Shown piece by piece: positions 10,399 through 18,994 of a stretch of DNA of 64,000 bases. The stretch is from an uncultured delta proteobacterium. Lineage in GTDB: Bacteria > Desulfobacterota > Binatia > JACPRU01. The notes beneath the pieces are model-generated. The model worked only from the letters and a program-made list of their open reading frames with translations. It ran no database searches and had not been told where the DNA came from. The first letter of the stretch is position 1. Each line of letters starts with the position of its first letter. The DNA is taken from NCBI GenBank assembly GCA_963711395.1, contig CAVQEA010000014.1:15269-79268 (forward strand). The letters are read 5' to 3'. A program made the position numbers and the translations under genes.

Positions 10399-11343
10399 AT
10401 GCCGACAGAAGAAGGGAGGCCACGGATCTCGCCCGAAGGGCAACCGCCCTATCCGTGGATAGTTCAGCCGGTCGTCGACCTGCTCTTCGTCTGTGGAGGC
10501 CTGCCGCTGCTGCTGATCGGGGTCAACGTCGCGACGATCGGCTGGAGAGTTCCCTTCGATGGGAACACGATCGTGCAAAGGTCTCTGTTGATTCTCATTC
10601 TCTTCGGGCAGCATCTCTTCGCGGACGCGCATAACGCCGCCACGCATCTACGGATCTGGGGCAGTGGGGAGGATCGAGATCGCTTTGCCTTCTATCGCAT
10701 CTGGCTGACGCTGACCTGTCTGCCGCTCTTCCTTCTCGGGTTAGTCTCTCCGCGTGCCACGAGCGTCTTCGTCTACCTCTATCTCATCACCGTATTCTGG
10801 CACTACGCGGCGCAGGCGTTTGGCATCTCACTGATCTATCTCGCGAAGCGGGGTTACCTTCTCTCGGTTCGCGAAAGGTTCATCTACAAGTATTTCTTCG
10901 TCTCGCTCTCGGCGATGACGATCGTTCGCTTCGTCACCTTTCGAGCCCTGAGCGCGGAGGTCTGGTTCGGTATTCCGATCCCGTTTTGGGGACCGCTGCC
11001 GCACGTGCTGTACCAGGCGGTCGCCAGCGGCTTCGCGCTGTTCGCGACGCTCCTCTGCATGATCGTCGTACGAAAGGCGGCGTTCGACCGAATGCTGCTC
11101 CCGCTGCCGAGCGCGCTGATCATTGCCACGACGGCGTGGCTCGGAATCTCGCTCGGCCCCGCAAACTCGCTGCTCTGGCTCTACGTTCCAGCCTTCTTCC
11201 ACGGCTTCTTGACAACGCTCTGGGTGCGGGCATACCTCTTCGCCGATGGGCTGACGAGGCGCGTCATCACCATTGCTCGAGGAATCGCAGAACATGGAAA
11301 GGCTTCGGTCGGGATGAAGAGAAGCTACTTCAAGCCTCAATAG
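10399..11343 (+). CDS. polytopic membrane protein, unknown family
   Basis: ATG at 10399 (MPTEEGRPRIS...). About 8 hydrophobic segments, non-shadow composition. No family recognised. Confidence 0.55.
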   Translation: MPTEEGRPRISPEGQPPYPWIVQPVVDLLFVCGGLPLLLIGVNVATIGWRVPFDGNTIVQRSLLILILFGQHLFADAHNAATHLRIWGSGEDRDRFAFYRIWLTLTCLPLFLLGLVSPRATSVFVYLYLITVFWHYAAQAFGISLIYLAKRGYLLSVRERFIYKYFFVSLSAMTIVRFVTFRALSAEVWFGIPIPFWGPLPHVLYQAVASGFALFATLLCMIVVRKAAFDRMLLPLPSALIIATTAWLGISLGPANSLLWLYVPAFFHGFLTTLWVRAYLFADGLTRRVITIARGIAEHGKASVGMKRSYFKPQ

Positions 11344-11439
11344 TGCGGTTCGTATCCTTATGCCACGTCCAACGCACGTGGCCCCACCGAAACGCAGCCC
11401 CAGCTTCTTCAGACGACGACTTGTGGTACGAACGCGAGC

Positions 11440-12153
11440 ATGAAGAGAGCGAGTGACACCGATACATCGGCACTGCAAGTGACAGACGCCGGGCAGACCG
11501 GCGGCGAAAGCGAAAGGGCGGACATCATGGCAGCAGATTCCAAATCGGCACCAAAAACAACCGAAGGATCCAACGGGCCGCAGGCCCTTCCCGTTCTCGA
11601 TCTGGGAAGTGGCGATGCCCGGGGCGTGGACAAGATTCGCGACCTCCTGTTCGGGAACCAGATGCAGGACTACGATCGCCGGTTCTCGATGCTCGCGGAC
11701 GGCTTCCAACAGAAGCTGCGCGACATGGAATCCGAGGCCGCTCGAAGCCTGAGTAGCTTGGAGGTCAACCTCAAGAAGCAGCTCGAATCGATCGCGGGTC
11801 AGGTTCGGGAGGAGAAGGATCTGCGAACCGACGCGGACAAAGAGCTCGCGCACAAACTGCTCGAGTCGAGCCAGGCGCTGGAGAAGCGCATGGGACAGCT
11901 GTCCGACCAACTCGCTCGCCTGGAGCGGGACATGAGCGATCGGGTCAGCCACGACGTCCAGGGCTTGCGTGAAGAGATCAAGCGCCGCAATGACGACGCG
12001 CGTGCCACCGTCGATCGGATGTTCGCCGAGCTTCGCGAGGTGAAAACGGACCGGACCCTGCTTGCCGGCTTGTTCGTCGAAGTCGCGCGATGTCTGAACC
12101 AGGAGCTGCCAGCCCAGTTCGCGAACAAGGGCGGAGGCGGCGAGCGGAGCTGA
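11440..12153 (+). CDS. coiled-coil protein, first gene of the GTPase/cyclase operon
   Basis: 237 aa. The central ~150 aa are heptad-like and charged (KLRDMESEAARSLSSLEVNLKKQLESIAGQVREEKDLRTDADKELAHKLLESSQALEKRMGQLSDQLARLERDM). 26-nt gap to the next gene. Confidence 0.6.
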   Translation: MKRASDTDTSALQVTDAGQTGGESERADIMAADSKSAPKTTEGSNGPQALPVLDLGSGDARGVDKIRDLLFGNQMQDYDRRFSMLADGFQQKLRDMESEAARSLSSLEVNLKKQLESIAGQVREEKDLRTDADKELAHKLLESSQALEKRMGQLSDQLARLERDMSDRVSHDVQGLREEIKRRNDDARATVDRMFAELREVKTDRTLLAGLFVEVARCLNQELPAQFANKGGGGERS

Positions 12154-12179
12154 TACCCACGCCGAGCAGAGCGCCGGGC

Positions 12180-14021
12180 ATGTCGGATTCCCCGCCGTCT
12201 CGCAGGACGGATTCGGAAGTCTACGGGCAGACGCCGAATGGTGAGCGGCTCGCCAACCTGCTGATCGGAATCGCCCGGTACGTCGATCCCGCGACCGCTC
12301 CGAGCATCCCCGCCCTGAGCGGTGATCCGAGCCTCGACGCGGTCCGCCACATCCTGCTCGACCGGGAGCTCGCGGTTCTCGCTCGGCTTCGCGGGACTCT
12401 CGACGATCCCGAGCGCCTGGCCGCGGCCATCAGTGACGTGCTGTCGATGGCCGTCCAGCGAGCCGCGGTGCGCGACGGGCGGTTGGGCGAAGTGCTCACC
12501 CCGGCGGTCGAGCGCGCCGCGCAATGCTCGATCAAGAAGGACCCGCGGATTTTCATAAACATCTTTGCGCCGGTGATGGGCGCCAGCATTCGCAAGTCGA
12601 TCGCGGAGACCCTGGAGAACACGCTCCAATCCCTCAACCAAGCCCTCAAGCATAGCTTCTCCTGGCGAGGGCTCATGTGGCGGCTCGAGGCGCGTCGCGC
12701 CGGGACGACGTTCGCAGACGTGGTGCTCCGCCACACGCTCGTCTACCGCGTCGAGCACCTCTTCCTGATCCACAAGGAGACCGGCCTCCTGATCAGCCAC
12801 GTCGCGGCAGACGACGCCGCGAGCGAGGATCCGCAGCTCGTTTCGGGAATGCTCAGCGCCATCCAGGATTTCGTCCGGGACTCTTTCGGTCGCGCCGATG
12901 CCGCCGGCCTCGATTCCCTGCGCTTGGGCGATCAGGTCTTGTGGTGCGAGCAAGGCGCGCTCGCTTTTCTCGCCGCCGTCATTCGCGGCACGCCCCCCGA
13001 AACGCTCCACGGCACTCTCCGCGATGCGCTTGCGACCATCCACGACGAGTGGCGCGGTGCACTCGTGAACTTCGCCGGCGACGATGCCGAGTTCGGCGGC
13101 GTCGCCGAGCAACTGCGGCCGTGTCTGCAAGCGCAAGCGCGCGCCCCCGAAAAGCACTTGTCGCCGCTCCTGTGGGCGCTGCCCCTGCTGCTCCTCGTGC
13201 TCGGCGGCTACTGGCTGTACGAGCGGCACGAAGCTTGGGAGCGATTCGACCACTACGTCGCGCGGCTCGAAGCAGAGCCCGGGATCGTCGTCACCAGCGC
13301 CGGAAGGCGCGACGGCGTCTGGCAGGTGGCCGGCATGCGGGACCCGTTGGCGCCCGATCCGACGACGCTGCTGGGTGCGGGCGACTTGGCGCCGGCCGAC
13401 GTCGAGGGACATTGGCAGCCGTATCTCGCGCTCGACCCCGCCCTCGCGCTGAAAAGGTACCAGACCAGCCTTTCGCCGCCCCCCGGCGTGTCCCTCAAGC
13501 TCGACGGCGGCACTGTGCGCGCCGACGGGTCCGCGCCGCATCACTGGATCGAGCGAGCTCGTGCCCTCGTGCGCACCTTGCCGCCCGGATCCCCCGGGCT
13601 CGACCTGGCGAGCCTCGAGGATCCCGAGATGGCGGAGTACGAGCGCGTACGGGGCGCCGTCCAGTCCCACGTGATCTACTTCGATCACAACGTCCCGAAG
13701 CCGGCGGTCGGCCAGGACGCCGAGATGGACGCTCTGGCGAGCGACCTGCTCGAGCTCGAGCGGGTGGCGCGGGAGATGCGCGTCACCGCGCGCGTGACGA
13801 TCACCGGCCATGCCGATTCCACGGGCAAAGACACGCCGAACCTCGCCCTCAGCACGGGTCGGGCGGAGGTCGTGCGCTCCATGCTGAAGGCGCGTGGCGT
13901 CGATCCCGATCTGTTGGCGGTCAGGGGCGCCGGGCCGCTCGAGCCCTTGAAGCTGGAGACGACCGACGAAGATCGCTCCATCAACCGACGCGTATCGTTC
14001 ACCGTCGGCATCGGAGAGTGA
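12180..14021 (+). CDS. bitopic envelope protein: cytoplasmic helical + Roadblock/LC7-like region, one TM, periplasmic region, C-terminal OmpA-like peptidoglycan-binding domain
   Basis: 613 aa from MSDSPPS. Residues ~186-300 (TLVYRVEHLFLIHKETGLLISHVAADDAASEDPQLVSGMLSAIQDFVRDSFG...VLWCEQGALAFLAAVIRG) look Roadblock/MglB-like by eye. TM is LSPLLWALPLLLLVLGGYWLY (~329-347). OmpA-like C-terminus is VIYFDHN...ITGHADSTG...NLALSTGRAEVV...NRRVSF. Confidence 0.8.
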   Translation: MSDSPPSRRTDSEVYGQTPNGERLANLLIGIARYVDPATAPSIPALSGDPSLDAVRHILLDRELAVLARLRGTLDDPERLAAAISDVLSMAVQRAAVRDGRLGEVLTPAVERAAQCSIKKDPRIFINIFAPVMGASIRKSIAETLENTLQSLNQALKHSFSWRGLMWRLEARRAGTTFADVVLRHTLVYRVEHLFLIHKETGLLISHVAADDAASEDPQLVSGMLSAIQDFVRDSFGRADAAGLDSLRLGDQVLWCEQGALAFLAAVIRGTPPETLHGTLRDALATIHDEWRGALVNFAGDDAEFGGVAEQLRPCLQAQARAPEKHLSPLLWALPLLLLVLGGYWLYERHEAWERFDHYVARLEAEPGIVVTSAGRRDGVWQVAGMRDPLAPDPTTLLGAGDLAPADVEGHWQPYLALDPALALKRYQTSLSPPPGVSLKLDGGTVRADGSAPHHWIERARALVRTLPPGSPGLDLASLEDPEMAEYERVRGAVQSHVIYFDHNVPKPAVGQDAEMDALASDLLELERVAREMRVTARVTITGHADSTGKDTPNLALSTGRAEVVRSMLKARGVDPDLLAVRGAGPLEPLKLETTDEDRSINRRVSFTVGIGE

Positions 14022-14533
14022 TGCAGCAAAAGAAGATCTGCATGCTGGGCGCGTTCGCCGTGGGTAAGACCAGCCTCGTCCGCCGTTACGTCGACAGTAT
14101 CTTCTCGGACACCTACCTCTCCACGGTCGGGGTCAAGATCGACAAGCACGTCGTCACGGTCGGCGACGAGACACTGAACCTGATTCTCTGGGACATCGCC
14201 GGCGAGGATGATGTCTCTTCGGTTCGGATGAGCTACCTCCGCGGCGCGAGCGGCTATTTCCTGGTGGTGGACGGGACACGCGCGGTGACGCTCGACGTCG
14301 CGCGCTCCATCCAGGAGCGCGCCAAAGGCGAGATCGGCAACGTGCCGTTCATCGCCCTCGTCAACAAGCTCGACGTGCGCAACGAGTGGACCGTCGCACA
14401 GGAAAGCCTGGCCGAGCTCGAAAACGCCGGGTGGTCGGTGGCGCTGACCAGCGCCCGGACCGGCGAAGGCGTCGAAGAGGCGTTCCACACCCTCGCCGAG
14501 CGCATGCTCCTCTCAAACACGACGACGCGATGA
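14021..14533 (+). CDS. small Ras/Rab-like GTPase (prokaryotic Ras-superfamily, Rup-type)
   Basis: 170 aa. G1 GAFAVGKTS. Switch I YLSTVGV (Rab-like). G3 WDIAGED. G4 NKLD. G5 TSARTGEGV. The start overlaps the upstream stop (TGATG at 14019-14023). Confidence 0.9.
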   Translation: MQQKKICMLGAFAVGKTSLVRRYVDSIFSDTYLSTVGVKIDKHVVTVGDETLNLILWDIAGEDDVSSVRMSYLRGASGYFLVVDGTRAVTLDVARSIQERAKGEIGNVPFIALVNKLDVRNEWTVAQESLAELENAGWSVALTSARTGEGVEEAFHTLAERMLLSNTTTR

Positions 14534-15606
14534 ACCCGCCCGGCGCGTCGTGGCTCATGAAAGCCTGGCCCGCCGCAGTGACCGACTATCTGAGTCGGCT
14601 GCTGCAAGAGCAATTTCACCCGGCCTTTCTGCAAGTGGATCCGGACGGCAACCTGGCGGCGGCGGGCGGCGCGCTGGAGCTGTACGGACTCTCGGGGTTC
14701 CAGACGGGCGTGCCGATCGTCGACTACCTGCCGCTCCTGATGGGCCTCTTGCCGTTGCAAGCGTCCAGTGATCCGTTCGTAATCCCCTGGGTCAACATCG
14801 ACGGCGGCGGTTATATGGATGTCCACCTCCTGCCCGGCGACGGCTGCGACTTCGTCATCTGCGTCGAGGCCCTCGTCGAACGGGAGGAGCGCGTGGCGTG
14901 GCAGCAGAAAGGAAACGAGCTCGCCCTGACCAAGCAGAAGCAGGCGCAGCTGCTCGAATCTCACGTGGGAAAGTACGTTGCCGGAGAGCTGCTGCGCGGT
15001 GGTCTGGTGCCAGACGAGGAAGGCGAGCGGCGCGAGGCCTCGCTCCTCTTCTGTGACATTCGCAGTTTTACCACCTTCGCCGAGCGGAACCCGCCGCAGG
15101 TCGTCTTTCAGACGCTGAATCAGCTTCTCCAGGCAATGGTTCAGCCCATCCTCGACCACGGTGGTTGGCTCGACAAGATGGCCGGGGACGCCGTCTTCGG
15201 CGCGTTCGGCCTCATTCCCTATCAGACGCCCGGCGGAGACGAGCGCAAGACCCCGGCGCCGGTTCGCGCGCTGCTCGCTGCGCAAGCCATCATGAGCAAG
15301 CTGCGCGATTGGAACGACGAGAGGCGTCGCGGCGGAGCCGAACCACTGGGCGCCGGTATCGGCATCACCACGGGAACAGTCGCAGTCGGAGTACTCGGTA
15401 CGCGTGAGCGGCGGCAGTTCACGATCATCGGCCACCACGTCAACCTCGCGGCGCGGCTGCAAGGACAGGCCTTGGCCGGCGAAATCTTCGTCGATGCGTC
15501 CACACTTGCGACGCTCGGCGAGCTCGCGCAGGGTTTTACGCCGCGACCGCTCAGTCTAAAGGGCCTGCAGGACGTCGAAGCCTACGTACTCGCCACGGAT
15601 TGGTAG
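14530..15606 (+). CDS. class III adenylate/guanylate cyclase with PAS-like N-terminal domain of unknown function
   Basis: 358 aa. The catalytic domain has ASLLFCDIRSFTTFAE (metal Asp), LDKMAGDAVFGAFG (Lys + second Asp), GIGITTGTVAVGVLG and FTIIGHHVNLAARLQ (Asn/Arg). ATGA overlap with the GTPase stop at 14530-14533. Confidence 0.9.
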   Translation: MNPPGASWLMKAWPAAVTDYLSRLLQEQFHPAFLQVDPDGNLAAAGGALELYGLSGFQTGVPIVDYLPLLMGLLPLQASSDPFVIPWVNIDGGGYMDVHLLPGDGCDFVICVEALVEREERVAWQQKGNELALTKQKQAQLLESHVGKYVAGELLRGGLVPDEEGERREASLLFCDIRSFTTFAERNPPQVVFQTLNQLLQAMVQPILDHGGWLDKMAGDAVFGAFGLIPYQTPGGDERKTPAPVRALLAAQAIMSKLRDWNDERRRGGAEPLGAGIGITTGTVAVGVLGTRERRQFTIIGHHVNLAARLQGQALAGEIFVDASTLATLGELAQGFTPRPLSLKGLQDVEAYVLATDW

Positions 15607-15723
15607 CGCAGGGCGCAGCCACCCAGGTTCGACCCCGCATTGAGAAATCGCAGACCCAGGACTTATGACGGGCGTGACGCCGCAAGCCGTCCGCCTGCTT
15701 TTCGAGAACGAGGGAGAGGCACA

Positions 15724-17486
15724 ATGAGACGAGTCATCGACGGAAGCCTTGCGCTCATCGCACTACTGGCAGTCACACCGGTCGCGGCGCAGCAGGTCAC
15801 GGGCGAGTTGGGTTCGCCCAGCGCCACGACCACGATCGACGGAAGACAAATTCCGCCTCCGCCGATGAAGTTTGGCGGCGTGATCAAGGAGAGCGCCACG
15901 GAGTCGAAGCAGTGGTGGCCGCCGCGCGTGGTGCCGCCGAAAGGCGCGCCCAACGTGCTACTCATCATGACCGATGACCAGGGCTATGGCGTGTCGGGCA
16001 CCTTTGGCGGGGTCATCTCGACGCCGGCGCTGGACCGCATGCCGGCTACGCGGCCTATACCGACCATGAGATCGGCCGGGTGATTCAGGCTGTCGAGGAC
16101 ATGGGCAAGCTCGACAACACGCTGGTCATCTACATCTGCGGCGACAATGGCACCAGCCCGGAAGGCACCCTGTATGGCGCCTTCAATCAGCTCACCGCCT
16201 ACAACGGCATTCTCGATGCCCCTGAAGCCCTGCAGTTGTTGCACTATGAAGACTGGGGCTCGGACAAGACCTACCCGCATATGGCGGTGGGATGGGCGTG
16301 GGCCTTTGATACGCCCTTCAAATGGACCAAGCAGGTGGCGTCGCATTTCGGCGGGACCCGGCAGGGCTTGGCCATTTCGTGGCCCGGCCACATCAAGGAC
16401 CTCGGCGCCGTTCGCTCCCAGTTCCATCATGTCATTGATGTCGTGCCGACGATCCTTGAAGCCACTGGCATCAAAGCGCCGGACATGGTCAACGGCATCC
16501 AGCAACGACCCATCGAAGGCGTGAGCATGGCCTACACGTTCGACGCGGCGAATGCGAAGGCACCGTCGAAGCGCGACACGCAGTATTTCGAGATGGCCGC
16601 CAATCGCGGGATTTATCACGACGGCTGGATGGCCAATACGACACCGTTCGCCCCGCCCTGGGACTTGGCAACGGGCAAGTTGCCCGATGTCGTCACCGGC
16701 TACAAATGGGAGCTCTACAACATCACCGAAGACTACTCGCAAAACGACGACCTCGCCGCCAAGAATCCTGAGAAGTTGAAGGAGATGCAGGCATTGTTCG
16801 CGACAGAGGCGGCGAAATACAACGTCTTCCCGTTGGATAACACCGCCTTCTCGCGCTTACTGACGCCGCGACCGAGCGCCACCGCGGGACACACAATGTT
16901 CACCTACACGGGTGAGAATGCCGGCATTCCCCTCGGCAATGCTCCGAGCATTCTGGACAGGGACTATACCATCACAGCCGACGTGACGATCCCCGAAGGC
17001 GGCGCGGAGGGCATGATCGTGACGCTCGGGGGCCGCTTCGGCGGCTACGCCCTCTTCCTGCAAAAAGGCAAGCCGGTCTTCGTCTACAACCTCCTCGATC
17101 TGGAGCGATTCCGCTGGGAGGGTGGCGTGGGAGGCATCATCGGCGAGGACTTCCTTGGCCGTGCGCTCCAGCCGGGAAAACACACGCTCGTGTTCGACTT
17201 CAAATACGACGGCCCCGGCCCCGGCAAGGGCGGCACGGGCGTGTTCACGGTGGATGGCAAGGAGTTGGCCCGCAAGACGCTCAAGCACACGATTCCGCTC
17301 ATGATGACCATTGACGAGACCTTCGACGTTGGGGTTGATACCCGCACGGGGGTCGACGACAGCTACAAGCTGCCGTTCCGCTTCACCGGGACGATCAACA
17401 AGCTGACCTTCAAGCTCGGGCCGGAGCAGTTGACGGCGACGGATCAGAAGGCCGCGGCTGAAGCAGTTGGCAAAGCCAACGAGTAG
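15724..17486 (+). pseudogene. arylsulfatase with internal deletion of the catalytic core
   Basis: N-terminus has a signal peptide and NVLLIMTDDQGYGVSGTFGGVISTPALDR. Reading then jumps, with a frame change at ~16040-16050, directly to GYAAYTDHEIGRVIQAVEDMGKLDNTLVIYICGDNGTS. The segment that normally carries the C/S-x-P-x-R formylglycine motif and most of the sulfatase fold is absent. Confidence 0.8.
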
Positions 17487-17512
17487 CCGCCCGATCACGA
17501 CTCCTTTGCGAG

Positions 17513-17550
17513 GGCAGGCGGCTCCGGAAGGAGCGCCTGCCATTTTCCCC
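17513..17550 (+). terminator. intrinsic terminator-like hairpin after the sulfatase
   Basis: GGCAGGCGGCTCC-GGAA-GGAGCGCCTGCC, a ~12-bp GC stem with one bulge. It is followed by ATTTTCCCC, 27 nt after the stop codon. Confidence 0.55.
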
Positions 17551-17558
17551 AAAATGCA

Positions 17559-17948
17559 ATGAACCGTTTGCTCAAGCTCACCTCGATCATTGAAGCGGCC
17601 ACGGGACTCGCGTTGATGACCGTGCCTTACGTCGTCGTCCGGGTGCTGCTCGGTGGCGAGATTTCCGGCGCCAGTGTGCCCCTCGGCCGCGTGGGCGGCT
17701 TTGCCTTGCTCTCGCTCGGGATGGCGTGTTGGCCGGGACGCGACCCCGACGGCAACATGGACTCCGCCCTCCGGGCAATGCTGACCTACAATTCCCTGGC
17801 GACGCTCTATCTCCTCTCCCTCGGCATCGGCGGTGAATGGGTCGGGCCGCTCTTGTGGCCCGCGGCGGCGTTGCACGCCGTCCTGTCGCTCCTGCTTGCG
17901 CGCCAATGGAGACTCGGAAACCGAGACAATGGGGCGCGCCCGGTTTGA
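17559..17948 (+). CDS. small 4-TM membrane protein, hypothetical
   Basis: 129 aa with four hydrophobic segments (IIEAATGLALMTVPYVVV..., FALLSLGMACW, LATLYLLSLGI, AALHAVLSLLLA). Confidence 0.5.
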   Translation: MNRLLKLTSIIEAATGLALMTVPYVVVRVLLGGEISGASVPLGRVGGFALLSLGMACWPGRDPDGNMDSALRAMLTYNSLATLYLLSLGIGGEWVGPLLWPAAALHAVLSLLLARQWRLGNRDNGARPV

Positions 17949-18058
17949 AGGCAATCTAGATGTCCCCAGCAATGTGCGCTCCTTCGGAAAATCGCTTGGA
18001 TGGTCGTTTAGGCGAATAGGACGCAGTGGACCGTAGATCAGGGAAGGGCACGACGAGA

Positions 18059-18874
18059 ATGATATTCAAAAGACGATTCGCTATGAGTGGGGCGCTGCTC
18101 TTCAGCGTGCTGCTGGCGCGCGTGGACGCGGCGCAACAGCAAACTCTCGGCGGCTGGACGTTCACGGTCGCTCCCTACGTGTGGCTCTCGGAGGTCCACG
18201 GCAGCGCCCAAGTTCGCGACCTCTCAGCCAACATCGACGTCACCTTCAGCGACATCTTCGACCTGCTGTTCGATGGCGACGCCATCGGCGGGAGCGGGCA
18301 CTTCGAAGGGCGCTACAACAAGTTCATAACCTTTCTCGACGTCACCGGCGATTTCACCAAGCCGGGCGCCAGCGGCCCACGGGGTGCAGAGTCCGAGCTC
18401 AGAACGGGGCTCATGCTCTTGGAATCGGTCATCGGCTATCGCGTATTCGAATTACCGGTGGGCGAGTCGCGAGCACTCGGAATCGAGCCGATGTTCGGCG
18501 TGCGCTACACGTACAGTCGCAACACGATCGAGGTGAACACCGCGGGCAACCCTCTGGTGCCGCCCCGCAAGGTCGAGGCCGACGCCGACTATGATCTCAT
18601 CGATCCGTTCCTCGGCGGACGCATCACCCTGAACCTCTTCGACAAGCTCGATTGGTCCTTCCGAGGCGACGCGGCGCCCTTCAAGACAGGATCCGACTTC
18701 GCCTGGAATATCGTCTCGGTCTTCCAATACGAGCTGCCCTGGAAGATCTGCAACACCAGCTCCCTCCAGGTGGCGGCGGGTTACCGCCTGCTCGACTTCA
18801 ACAAATCGAACAACGCGAAGAGTATCGACCTCCAGTTCCGCGGCCCGCTCGCCGGACTGGCCATCGACTTCTGA
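18059..18874 (+). CDS. outer-membrane beta-barrel protein, hypothetical
   Basis: Signal peptide MIFKRRFAMSGALLFSVLLARVDAAQQ. Alternating amphipathic strands. C-terminal LAGLAIDF ends in Phe, an OMP signature. Confidence 0.6.
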   Translation: MIFKRRFAMSGALLFSVLLARVDAAQQQTLGGWTFTVAPYVWLSEVHGSAQVRDLSANIDVTFSDIFDLLFDGDAIGGSGHFEGRYNKFITFLDVTGDFTKPGASGPRGAESELRTGLMLLESVIGYRVFELPVGESRALGIEPMFGVRYTYSRNTIEVNTAGNPLVPPRKVEADADYDLIDPFLGGRITLNLFDKLDWSFRGDAAPFKTGSDFAWNIVSVFQYELPWKICNTSSLQVAAGYRLLDFNKSNNAKSIDLQFRGPLAGLAIDF

Positions 18875-18994
18875 CGGTGGCACGGTCAAGGTCGACTGGT
18901 TGATCCTCGTCAACCTGCGGCTCGATCCATTCGAGCGAACGGGGATCACGGGCCGGCAACGGCGCACGGCTGATGACACTCCTGCATCACGACA

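Noticed and set aside
11799-13811. 670-aa minus-strand ORF, and similar long antisense ORFs (e.g. 3856..5586, 8504..9760, 14254..15462, 16857..17972, 41023..42234, 53972..55261, 59657..60607, 60704..61594)
   Set aside because: They are Arg/Ala/Gly/Pro-rich with no family motifs. Each lies exactly opposite a gene with clear family signatures. These are typical stop-codon-poor shadow frames of high-GC DNA.
12180-14021. OmpA-domain protein as a MotB-type stator or T6SS TagL/DotU-OmpA anchor
   Set aside because: There is no MotA/ExbB/TolQ partner and no T6SS genes nearby. The TM helix lacks the conserved stator Asp context. The large cytoplasmic N-terminal region is unlike MotB.
14530-15606. Cyclase as a Pycsar/CBASS-type anti-phage nucleotide cyclase
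   Set aside because: No adjacent effector with a cyclic-nucleotide-binding, TIR, patatin, nuclease or pore domain. The operon partners are signalling-type proteins. The specificity residues (Lys/Thr) look like an ordinary class III adenylate cyclase.
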